DNA of 42,968 nucleotides from Thermoplasmata archaeon. Its GTDB lineage: Archaea; Thermoplasmatota; Thermoplasmata; UBA10834. Both the position numbers and the translations under genes were made by a program. The notes beneath the pieces were generated by a model. It saw only the letters and a program-made list of their open reading frames with translations. It was not told the DNA's origin and did no database searches. Each line of letters begins with the position of its first letter. The stretch's first letter is position 1. The stretch is taken from NCBI GenBank assembly GCA_049273895.1, contig JBASRQ010000071.1:1-42968 (forward strand), given 5' to 3'. This document shows, piece by piece, positions 34,945 through 42,825 of the stretch.

Positions 34945-35628
34945 TCATCCAAGCGATTGGAGTTCCTCGACCAGATCGCCGATTGCGAGCTGGGTTCGCA
35001 CGAGCGGAATGCCTTCGAGCTCCGCAAGGCGGATTGCGAGCTCGTCTACCTGCTCTGGTTTCTGATAGACGACCATGGCGGGCTTCAGCGGATGAGCTCT
35101 GATAGCTATCATCGGCGATCTCCCGAACCTGACTCCCGTGAAGACGAGAGCTCTCTGGCTGCTCCACCCATATATCTTGAGATAATCGAAGGAACTCAAC
35201 GAGGTTATGGCCCTCACGCTGTCGATCACGGTGTACCCATGGATGTGTTTGTCAAGCGATATGGCAGGCGTCAGATTCTCCCCTTCGATCTTGTCAACGA
35301 GGTCGGACGCCAGGATCTCAACCGCAAACTCCTTGATAGAGATGATCGAGTCGGTCTTTGCTGCGAGAGAGTACTGCTTGAGGATGGTTCCTCCTGTCTT
35401 CTCATCGATGTCGAGGAACGCGTCGACGATCTTCCTGACAGTCACAATCCCCGGAGACTTCCTTCGGCCCGCTTCGTAGTCGCTGATGACTGAAGGCGAG
35501 ACGCCGAGGTGCTTTGAGAGCTCCTGCTGAGAGATGTCGAACTGCTCTCTCCACTTCCTGATCGTCTTGCCGGGCTCCTCCGAGAGACATATCTCTCCCG
35601 CAATCTTCTCTCTCACCTGGTCCCGCAT
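34945..35628 (-). CDS. XRE-type HTH transcriptional regulator with C-terminal domain (COG1395-like)
   Basis: HTH region IRKWREQFDISQQELSKHLGVSPSVISDYEAGRR followed by a ~150-aa uncharacterised domain. The minus-strand TATA-like CTATAAATAT is about 25-35 nt upstream of the ATG. Confidence 0.75.
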   Translation of the reverse strand: MRDQVREKIAGEICLSEEPGKTIRKWREQFDISQQELSKHLGVSPSVISDYEAGRRKSPGIVTVRKIVDAFLDIDEKTGGTILKQYSLAAKTDSIISIKEFAVEILASDLVDKIEGENLTPAISLDKHIHGYTVIDSVRAITSLSSFDYLKIYGWSSQRALVFTGVRFGRSPMIAIRAHPLKPAMVVYQKPEQVDELAIRLAELEGIPLVRTQLAIGDLVEELQSLG

Positions 35629-35828
35629 GAGGAAAGGAGAAGAATGTCGATATTTATAGTTTGCCGTATCTGATTATCGGCAAAAGACGATTGCATCTGG
35701 CTTGAGGAATTGACGCTCGTTTCGATATGAAATGGCAGAAGCTACGCAAGCAACCCAACGACCTCTTTCCGCTCCAAACACAACTGCATGAGCATCGACA
35801 CTGACAACACACGTTGGGCTACATTAGG

Positions 35829-35836
35829 AATAAATA
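35829..35836 (+). promoter_or_regulatory. TATA-like box upstream of tRNA-Pro
   Basis: AATAAATA is centred about 42 nt upstream of the mature tRNA 5' end. Confidence 0.4.
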
Positions 35837-35873
35837 ACACAGCCCTTCTATCCCTGAATCGCCTGAGCACGAT

Positions 35874-35947
35874 GGGGTAGTGGTCTAGCTTGGTATGATC
35901 CGTGGTTCGGGACCACGTGACCGTCGGTTCAAATCCGGCCTACCCCA
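35874..35947 (+). tRNA. tRNA-Pro (anticodon CGG)
   Basis: A hand-folded cloverleaf fits. The acceptor is GGGGTAG/CTACCCC. U8 is present and the D-loop has GG. The anticodon stem is CGTGG/CCACG with loop TT-CGG-GA (G37). The variable loop is 5 nt. The T-arm is GTCGG-TTCAAAT-CCGGC and the discriminator is A. CCA is not encoded. Confidence 0.85.
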
Positions 35948-35989
35948 CTGATTCTTCTTCCGAGTGATGTCGGTCGCTCTGACAAACAC

Positions 35990-35999
35990 GTATTTATCA
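35990..35999 (+). promoter_or_regulatory. TATA-like box upstream of the intron-containing tRNA
   Basis: GTATTTATCA is centred about 29 nt upstream of the tRNA 5' end at 36023. Confidence 0.5.
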
Positions 36000-36022
36000 A
36001 GGAAGGTGCTTCCCAACATCGA

Positions 36023-36133
36023 GCAGGTGTAATCTAGCTGGTTAGGATTTTGGCCTTCCAACTCTTCAAGAAACATGATAAAATTGGAGAGGGACGAAAG
36101 CCAACGGCCCGGGTTCAAATCCCGGCACCTGCA
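36023..36133 (+). tRNA. Intron-containing tRNA, most likely tRNA-Gly (anticodon UCC), 38-nt intron at about 36061-36098
   Basis: The acceptor is GCAGGTG/CACCTGC and the D-arm is ATCT-AGCTGGTTA-GGAT. The anticodon stem is TTGGC (36050-54)/GCCAA (36100-04). The 5' half of the loop is CT-TCC-A. The T-arm is CCGGG-TTCAAAT-CCCGG and the discriminator is A. Total length is 111 nt (73 + 38). Confidence 0.7.
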
Positions 36134-36185
36134 CTTTCGTTCCATTGAGTCTCAGTTCAGCCCCGCTCGCAATTCTGCAATTGGT

Positions 36186-36395
36186 CTAAGCCTCGTCCTC
36201 GTTCTCTCCGAGCACAGGGTGGTGCGCCAAGGCGTACATCTCGTCGAACTGCTTCGACTCCGCCAGTGCAAGTTGCTGGACGAAGCAGTGCGGGTGGAAA
36301 CCAACAACCTTCTCTCTCGAGCAGCTGTTGGTATATTCCTCGTCTTCCGTCATTTTCTGTGGCTTGGGTCTCCTCAGTCGTACCATTTCAAACAC
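36186..36395 (-). CDS. Small hypothetical ORF (66-69 aa)
   Basis: GTG 36395 or ATG 36386 (MVRLRRPKPQKMTEDEE...). It abuts the stop of the upstream small ORF. No family recognised, and coding status is uncertain. Confidence 0.35.
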   Translation of the reverse strand: MFEMVRLRRPKPQKMTEDEEYTNSCSREKVVGFHPHCFVQQLALAESKQFDEMYALAHHPVLGENEDEA

Positions 36396-36728
36396 CTATC
36401 CTGCAATCTCTGCGATCTCACTCGCCTCGGGCTCAGGAACGACGTGCATGTCGGTCTGCAGGCTCCGATCTATCTCAGACAGATCAGTCAGGAGCTGTGA
36501 GATGTCCGTGACATCTTCTCCAAGGCTCGACATCTCGTTCACGAGATCCTCGAGGTCCTGAAGCGTGTGAGTCTTCGCCCACTGTATGGCTTGGACGTTT
36601 CGGACTGCTGCCTTCAAGGCGTCCCTGTGCTTCATTGCATCCCATCCTAAACGGTTTGTCTGACGATTTGTCAGCTGTTCCACCGTATAACGCTCACATC
36701 TATTTATAAATTGCTTGAATGACGCCAT
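36396..36728 (-). CDS. Small hypothetical helical/acidic ORF (up to 110 aa)
   Basis: MASFKQFINRCERY... contains a strong TTTATAAATA element within its first 30 nt. The real product may therefore start at the internal Met (MKHRDALKAAV...). No family recognised. Confidence 0.4.
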   Translation of the reverse strand: MASFKQFINRCERYTVEQLTNRQTNRLGWDAMKHRDALKAAVRNVQAIQWAKTHTLQDLEDLVNEMSSLGEDVTDISQLLTDLSEIDRSLQTDMHVVPEPEASEIAEIAG

Positions 36729-36956
36729 CTTTGAGCCAGATTCGTCAGACTGCCATGCTGACCCCGTCTGAGAAATCTCTACGAGATTTCCGAGCTGGGT
36801 TCTGGAGAAATCAGGTCGTCCAACCTAGCCGCAACAAACCCCTGTCAGACATGGAATGGCCGCATTTGGACTCCCAGGAGAAACACTCAGAAAGAATGCC
36901 GGAAACTCTTTTATCAAGCCACGCATATTAAGTCGCAATCAGCCAGGTGGACTGCT

Positions 36957-39900
36957 TTGGGCCTACTTGACACGCTCTTGAACAAAGAGAAGAAGCTTCT
37001 GGAGAGATCCAGGAAAGAGCTGGCAAGAGCCGATTCACTCGAAAAGAGCGGCCGAGTGAAGGACGCTCTTGCGGAGCTCGAAAAGACAAGCGCACTGCTG
37101 AAAGAGAACATGCTTTTCATCGGGAAGATGAGGCTGGACTTCTCGCAGGTGTTCACTCAGCTGGGCGATGGCTACCTCGGTCACGAGAAGGCGCAGATGG
37201 CGCAGGATGCTGCGAAGGTGGCACTCCAGCTGGATCCGAAGAACCCGCTCGCCATGGGCGTTGAAGGGCGCTCAGCGCTGAAGCTCGGCATGGCCGAACA
37301 GGCACTCGCATCGCTCAGAAATGCCGTGGCACTGGCACCTGACTCTGAGAATCTGTGGTCGGCGCTGGGCGAGGCCCAGGATGCGATAGGTGATTTTGTC
37401 GGGGCGATCGAGAGCTACAAGCGCGCTCTGGCCATCAACCCTCTTGGCATTAGTCACTTCGACGAGATACTCGCGCACACGCCCAACGATCTCGATATGA
37501 TCAAGAAGAAAGGAACCACATTGAGCAAGCTGCAGAGGTACGATGAGGCCGTCAGCACATTCCAGACCGGAATTGACATCGAGCCCAAGGACAAGGATCT
37601 CTGGATAGGAAAGGCGGCTGCGCTCAACCTCGCGGGCAAGAGCGAGCCAGCAATCGAGGCGCTCAACTACGCCCTGAAGATAGATCCAAACGATGTGTAC
37701 TGCCTCGACAACCTCGGAAGGATCCTGCACAAGCAGGGCATGCGCGAGGAGGCCCTGACGAGTTTCACCAAAGCTTCAGAAATCAGTCGAGGGAACAAGG
37801 TTGTCTGGAACGAGCTCGGGGTTGTGCAAGAGGAGCTCGACCTGCACGACAAGGCCCTCGAGTCTTTCGACCAGGCGCTGAGGATTGATCCGAACGATAT
37901 CAACGTTCTGAACAACAAGAAGAAGACCCTGCTGAAGATCGCGCGTTACACAGAGCTCATAGGGGTTTGTGACAAGATACTTCTGATCAGCCCGCATGAT
38001 CACGAATCGCTGCTTGACAAGGCTAAGGCCCTGTACGAATTGAAGAGATACGACGAGGCGCTGACCTTCATCGACGCAACGCTCAACCTGGCGCCTAGAC
38101 TGAAGGAAGCGATGAACCTCAAGAAGGAGTGTCTGATCAAGCTTGAGAAGCACGGCGAAGTGATCGCGTGGTGCACCAGGATTCTCGAAGTCGACCCCGA
38201 CGACTATGCTGCGATGCACGACAAAGGTGTCGCACAGCTGAAGGCCGACCGACCGCAGGAAGCCATGAAGACTCTCGAGAAGGCATTGAAAACAGCTCCT
38301 GACCCTCTGCCGATGCTCGAGAGCTTGAAGGACGCCTACAAAAGGCTCCAGAAAGACGATCAGGTCGTGCAGACATGCGATCGGATAATCGCAATTGACG
38401 CGAACAACAAGACCGCGCACCTCGACAAGGCCGTCGCGTTGGACAGAGCTGACCAGTTCGACGAAGGCCAGGCGGCGTACAGGCTGGCTCTCAAGTACGA
38501 TCCTAAGAACCCGGAGATCTTCTTCAACTTGGCCGCTCTGTTCCTCAGGTCCGGTAGGCCCAAAGAGGCCATGGACTACTCCAAACAGGGGATTCAGATT
38601 GCGCCGACGAACCACGCGCTGTGGAAGATCAATGGCGACGCGAGTCTCAATGCCAAGGACTACGAGGCAGCAGTCGCAGCCTACTCGAAGGCTGTCGAGC
38701 TTGGTCCAAAAGATCAGACGAGCTTCGCGAAACTCGGCCGGTCGTTCATAGAACTCAAGCGGTTCGAGCAGGGCCTGATGGCGTACGAACATGCGCTACA
38801 GCTTGACCCGAAAGACGCCGAAGTGTGGTTCCAGAGGGCCGAGACGCTCGAATGGCTCGACAGAGACCAGGATGCGCTCTCTTCGGTTCAAGAGGCCATG
38901 AGGCTCAAGGCCACGACGCCCGAGTACAGAGTGAAGGAAGGCATGCTCCTCAGGAACCTTGGCAAGCTAGATGACGCTCTGAGGGCATTCGACGAGGCCC
39001 TCAGGCTGTCCCCGAGAAACCCTGCCGTGCTGAACTCGAAGAAGGATCTGTTGAAATCCCTGAAGAGGAACGATGATGTGATAGCCGTGTGCAACGAGAT
39101 ACTTCAGTTGGCCCCCAAGGACCGAGATGCTCTGATAGACAAGGGCAGCGCGGCGCTCTTTCTGAAGCGGCCCAACGAGGCTCTAGTGTGCTTCAACAAG
39201 GCTCTCGAGCACGATGCGGACAACCTCGACACACTGGAGCTCAAGAAGATGGCGCTCATCTCCCTCGACGACTCTGAGAGTGTCGTGACGGTCACTGATC
39301 ACATTCTGCGCCTGAGCCCGAAGAATAAGAATGCGTTGGCGGACAGGGCGAGCGCGCTCGAGAAGCTGGGCAGAGCTGACGAGGCCATCAGAAGCTACGA
39401 GACTGCACTGACACTCGACCCGAAAGATATCTTCCTCTGGAACAGGAAGGGGCTTCTTCTTCTAGGGGCGGGTAACCCAGCGCAGGCGGCGGAGGCGTTC
39501 GAGTACGCGATCAAGCTAGACTCCAACCAACCGTTCGTCCTGAACAACAGGGGAAAAGCGTATCTCGAGCTCAGAAGGTTCGAGGAGTCTCTCGCCGATT
39601 TCAAGAAGGCCATAAAGATCCTGCCCAACGTGGCCGAATTCCACACAAACGAGGGCAGAGCCCTTGCGAGCCTCGGCAGATTCGACGACAGCATTGGGTC
39701 GTTCAACGAGGCACGCAGACAGGCTCCCAGAGACTCCTCCACATTCAAGTACATGGGCATGGCCCTCCTCAAATTGAACAGGGTGTCGGAAGCACTCGGG
39801 GCGTTCGACGAGGCGATCAAGCTAGGCTCCGACGACAAGGACATGTGGAAGAGCAGAGCGAAAGGGTTCGAGGCGATGGGCGACAAGGAGGAGGCTGTGA

Positions 39901-41414
39901 GATCCTACATGAAGGCGCTCGAGATCGACCCCGAGGACCAAGCAGCTTGGTACAGGCTCGGCCTGCTGCACCTGGAGATCGGCGGGTTCTCGGACGCGAA
40001 CGCATGCTTCGACAAAGCGCTGGACCTCGACAGCGCCAACCCCAAGATATGGATGAGCAAAGGCTTCGCGATGGAGAAGCAGAACCTCTACGAGGAAGCT
40101 GTGAGTTCCTACGACAGGGCGATCGGGCTCGACTCCAACGACAAGGAGGCATGGAAGAGCAAGGGACAGGTGCTGCTCGCGCTCGGACGCGCGGAACCAG
40201 CGTTGCGATGCTTCGACCACGCGCTCAGCATCGACCCCTACTTCGAGGCCGCCTCAGAGGGCAGGAAGCAAGCGGAGGACGATATCCGCAAGAACAAGAT
40301 CGAGGACTACTCCAGGGCGGTGCTTGAGTTCGAGTACGCCCATGGCCGCCCAGTGACCAAGGAGGAGGCGTTCAAGGTGTGTGGAATTCCCTATGCATTC
40401 CTCGGAGACGTGCTGGAATTCCTGAGCGGTAAGGAGAATGTCAGCCTCACTGGCATGGTCAAGGAGGAGTCCGACAGATACGAGAGGATGTCGCGAGAGG
40501 TCCTCGTGAACACGATGGAGAAGCGAGATCTTGCGGCACATGGTCTACGACTCTGCGACATCACCGTCAATTTCCCAGATCTCAGAATTTCGAGCGGGAA
40601 GAAGATACTCAGCTACATACAGGCGGTCGAGGAGCATGAGTTCAGCACGAAGTCATCGGACCCCCAGACTGAGGCATTGCTGCGACAGGCGCTCGAACTG
40701 CCCAACGACCAGAAGAACGTCCTGGGACTGATCAGGAACCTCGGCATCGGGGCGTATTGGGCACGGCAAATTGTGACGATCCTTCACACCTTCCAGGGCG
40801 CTGGATTCGCGACGCCAGCAGTGGCGCTCAAGTCCATCGTCAGCGAGAGCTACGGGCACTACTCCCCTTACGACGAGCGTGCAGCTTGGCGAGAGAGGCC
40901 TCCGCCTGAACAGCCTTCATTTCCGCACGAGAGGAGAGAACGCCGTCGAGAAGGGCCCCAGCCCGAAGAGATGTATGAAGAGGTGCGGGAGCCGAGAGCG
41001 GCCGACAGGTACAGTCGTGAGGGCGAAGTCCTCAGACAAAAACCGCGGCCGAGGCCTCAGAGGGAGCGGCCAGGAAGGGAGAGCGAGCGCGCTCCTCAGG
41101 AAATTCCCTCTGATTTGGTCGGGCGCAGATGCCTGTTCCACGGGGGCATCGCGGTCGCGAGGTGCGCGAAATGCAAGGCGGTGCTCTGCAGGGAATGCAT
41201 CAGAGGGTCTGACAGATGCCCCAGATGCAACACCCCGCTGAGGGCGGTGGAAGAGACCGAAGAAGGGAGACGGCCGAGAGATGTCGAGGCCGAGGAAGAG
41301 TCTGAAGAGCAGGCCGAGCAGGAGCAGGAAGAAAGGCCTCGGAAGAGACCGAGGGAAAGGCAGAAACCTCTCCGAAAGAAGACGGAAGAGGATGAGGATC
41401 TGAGTCGCCTTTGA
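36957..41414 (+). CDS. Giant (1,485 aa) TPR-repeat protein with a globular region, R/E/P-rich low-complexity region, B-box-like zinc finger and charged tail
   Basis: Uninterrupted 4.46-kb ORF with a TTG start and AGGTGG 6 nt upstream. It has about 31 units of the A-x3-(F/Y)-x2-A(L)-x-(L/I)-(D/S)P-x-(N/D) type. No TM segment is visible. Confidence 0.9.
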   Translation: MGLLDTLLNKEKKLLERSRKELARADSLEKSGRVKDALAELEKTSALLKENMLFIGKMRLDFSQVFTQLGDGYLGHEKAQMAQDAAKVALQLDPKNPLAMGVEGRSALKLGMAEQALASLRNAVALAPDSENLWSALGEAQDAIGDFVGAIESYKRALAINPLGISHFDEILAHTPNDLDMIKKKGTTLSKLQRYDEAVSTFQTGIDIEPKDKDLWIGKAAALNLAGKSEPAIEALNYALKIDPNDVYCLDNLGRILHKQGMREEALTSFTKASEISRGNKVVWNELGVVQEELDLHDKALESFDQALRIDPNDINVLNNKKKTLLKIARYTELIGVCDKILLISPHDHESLLDKAKALYELKRYDEALTFIDATLNLAPRLKEAMNLKKECLIKLEKHGEVIAWCTRILEVDPDDYAAMHDKGVAQLKADRPQEAMKTLEKALKTAPDPLPMLESLKDAYKRLQKDDQVVQTCDRIIAIDANNKTAHLDKAVALDRADQFDEGQAAYRLALKYDPKNPEIFFNLAALFLRSGRPKEAMDYSKQGIQIAPTNHALWKINGDASLNAKDYEAAVAAYSKAVELGPKDQTSFAKLGRSFIELKRFEQGLMAYEHALQLDPKDAEVWFQRAETLEWLDRDQDALSSVQEAMRLKATTPEYRVKEGMLLRNLGKLDDALRAFDEALRLSPRNPAVLNSKKDLLKSLKRNDDVIAVCNEILQLAPKDRDALIDKGSAALFLKRPNEALVCFNKALEHDADNLDTLELKKMALISLDDSESVVTVTDHILRLSPKNKNALADRASALEKLGRADEAIRSYETALTLDPKDIFLWNRKGLLLLGAGNPAQAAEAFEYAIKLDSNQPFVLNNRGKAYLELRRFEESLADFKKAIKILPNVAEFHTNEGRALASLGRFDDSIGSFNEARRQAPRDSSTFKYMGMALLKLNRVSEALGAFDEAIKLGSDDKDMWKSRAKGFEAMGDKEEAVRSYMKALEIDPEDQAAWYRLGLLHLEIGGFSDANACFDKALDLDSANPKIWMSKGFAMEKQNLYEEAVSSYDRAIGLDSNDKEAWKSKGQVLLALGRAEPALRCFDHALSIDPYFEAASEGRKQAEDDIRKNKIEDYSRAVLEFEYAHGRPVTKEEAFKVCGIPYAFLGDVLEFLSGKENVSLTGMVKEESDRYERMSREVLVNTMEKRDLAAHGLRLCDITVNFPDLRISSGKKILSYIQAVEEHEFSTKSSDPQTEALLRQALELPNDQKNVLGLIRNLGIGAYWARQIVTILHTFQGAGFATPAVALKSIVSESYGHYSPYDERAAWRERPPPEQPSFPHERRERRREGPQPEEMYEEVREPRAADRYSREGEVLRQKPRPRPQRERPGRESERAPQEIPSDLVGRRCLFHGGIAVARCAKCKAVLCRECIRGSDRCPRCNTPLRAVEETEEGRRPRDVEAEEESEEQAEQEQEERPRKRPRERQKPLRKKTEEDEDLSRL
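37130..40260 (+). repeat. Array of about 31 consecutive 34-residue TPR units (protein-level repeat)
   Basis: Inter-repeat turns recur from LDPKNPLA, IDPNDVYC, IDPNDINV, VDPDDYAA, YDPKNPEI, LDPKDAEV, LSPRNPAV, LSPKNKNA, LDPKDIFL, IDPEDQAA and LDSNDKEA through to IDPYFEAA. Confidence 0.85.
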
Positions 41415-41509
41415 TCGGAATTCGATTCTGTACGCATGAGCAGGCTATTTTCAGGTCATTTCATATACGGGCACTGTAATCCAAATCTGCGGTTGTTGGA
41501 GCTGAGATT

Positions 41510-42346
41510 GTGGGACGCATAGGACGTGGCTGGCAATTGGCCAAGATGAGCTTAAGAGTCGTGCGAAAGGACAAGGAGATCCTGATATTCCCGTTCTTGT
41601 CGGGGTTGATCACCCTGCTTATCCTCGCTAGTTTCTTCATCGGGGCGCTTTTCACGTGGGGTTTCAGCGGCATCTCCGACAACGCGAACCAGTGGGTATT
41701 TATCGTGTTCTTCGCTGTCTTCTACTTCGTTGCCTTCTTCCTCTCGATATTCTTCAATGCTGCGGTGATAGGTTGCGCGACGATCAGGATGAACGGCGGG
41801 GATCCGACGGTCGCAGACGGCTTCAGAATCGCTCGGCAGAACATCAAGCAGATAGTGCTCTGGGCTCTATTCGCAGCCACCGTCGGCTTGATTTTGCGGG
41901 CTATCCAGGAGAGGTTAGGATTCATCGGGAAGCTGGTGGTTGGGGCACTTGGCGCCGCTTTCACGATCGCGGCCTACTTCGTGGTGCCAGTATTCATCTA
42001 TGAGAAGTTGGGTCCATGGGCCTCGCTGAAGAGGAGCGTCTCGATCTTGAAGAACACCTGGGGAGAGGCGCTTGTGGGCAACCTCGGGTTGGGGGCGATC
42101 TTCGTTCTTCTGGGTCTCGTCGGACTGATACCAATCCTCATAGGGGTCGCCTTCATGACCCTATGGTCGGTAGTGGTCGGCATCGCGGTGGCCATAGTCT
42201 ACTGGCTGATTCTGGGGCTGATCGCGGCTGCGGCCCAATCGGTGCTCGTCGCGGCCCTCTACAGATACGCCACGACTGGAAAAGTGTCCGAGGAGTTCGA
42301 GGGCCTTTCGTTCCAGAACCCGTGGAGCGTACCGAAACGAATCTGA
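41510..42346 (+). CDS. Polytopic integral membrane protein (about 6 TM segments), function unknown
   Basis: GTG start. Hydrophobic stretches include ILIFPFLSGLITLLILASFFIGALF, WVFIVFFAVFYFVAFFLSIFF, VLWALFAATVGLIL, VVGALGAAFTIAAYFVVPVFI, LGLGAIFVLLGLVGLIPILIGVAF and VVVGIAVAIVYWLILGLIAAAA. Confidence 0.75.
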   Translation: MGRIGRGWQLAKMSLRVVRKDKEILIFPFLSGLITLLILASFFIGALFTWGFSGISDNANQWVFIVFFAVFYFVAFFLSIFFNAAVIGCATIRMNGGDPTVADGFRIARQNIKQIVLWALFAATVGLILRAIQERLGFIGKLVVGALGAAFTIAAYFVVPVFIYEKLGPWASLKRSVSILKNTWGEALVGNLGLGAIFVLLGLVGLIPILIGVAFMTLWSVVVGIAVAIVYWLILGLIAAAAQSVLVAALYRYATTGKVSEEFEGLSFQNPWSVPKRI

Positions 42347-42348
42347 GA

Positions 42349-42825
42349 CTAACCGTGCAACTTCTTGGTCAGCTTCGCGACGCGCCTTCCGTACCTCACG
42401 CAGACAGCCTCCGCCCTCTTGTCTGGCTTCTCGATGGCCACGGGACCGTAGTGATCGCCCAGGGAATCGCCGCAGACGACCATGCCATGTATCAGGAGAC
42501 CTTGGAGGATGGCCATGATGGTCGTCTCGTTCCCACCTCCGACGTTGGCACTTGAGGAGAAAGCTCCGCCGACCTTGTCCTGAAGCTTCCCGTGATGCTT
42601 GATGCTCTTGTCCAGCAGGTCCTTGATAGGGGCCGCCGGGCCGCCATAGTATGTGGGTGAGCCGATGACGATCCCGTCGTAATTCTTGAGGTCGTCCACC
42701 TTGACCTCCTTGACGTCTTTCGTATCGACTTCGACGTCCTCATCCATGACCCCCTTCTGAATCAGGTAGGCCATCTTCTTCGTGTTGCCCGATCTAGAGT
42801 AGTAACATATCAGTATCCTAGCCAA
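42349..42825 (-). CDS. Flavodoxin-like fold protein (WrbA/NAD(P)H:quinone oxidoreductase-like)
   Basis: ILICYYSRSGNTKKMA FMN-binding start and GSPTYYGGPAAPIK. I prefer TTG 42825 (M-ARILICYY), which has GGAGGGAG 5-6 nt upstream. The Cys/Pro-rich extension from 42900 in the ORF track looks non-coding. Confidence 0.8.
   Translation of the reverse strand: MARILICYYSRSGNTKKMAYLIQKGVMDEDVEVDTKDVKEVKVDDLKNYDGIVIGSPTYYGGPAAPIKDLLDKSIKHHGKLQDKVGGAFSSSANVGGGNETTIMAILQGLLIHGMVVCGDSLGDHYGPVAIEKPDKRAEAVCVRYGRRVAKLTKKLHG

Noticed and set aside
36055-36060. Alternative reading of the intron-containing tRNA as tRNA-Trp (CCA occurs at 36058-36060)
   Set aside because: With the only 5-bp anticodon stem that pairs (TTGGC/GCCAA), CCA would occupy positions 35-37 rather than 34-36. 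Shifting the stem by one destroys the pairing. UCC (Gly) is therefore preferred, and a tRNAscan-SE run should confirm.
35885-36145. 86-aa minus-strand ORF spanning both tRNA genes
   Set aside because: It overlaps two well-folding tRNAs and is almost certainly not coding.
35629-36956. Integrated mobile element at the tRNA genes
   Set aside because: I found no integrase or recombinase gene, no direct repeat of either tRNA 3' end, and no viral or plasmid hallmark genes. Only low GC and two small ORFs are present, so no mobile element is called.
40880-41410. Purine-rich (GAR) DNA runs as a possible non-coding repeat or triplex-forming element
   Set aside because: They are fully explained as codons for the Glu/Arg/Lys/Pro-rich disordered segments of the TPR giant, and the reading frame is uninterrupted.
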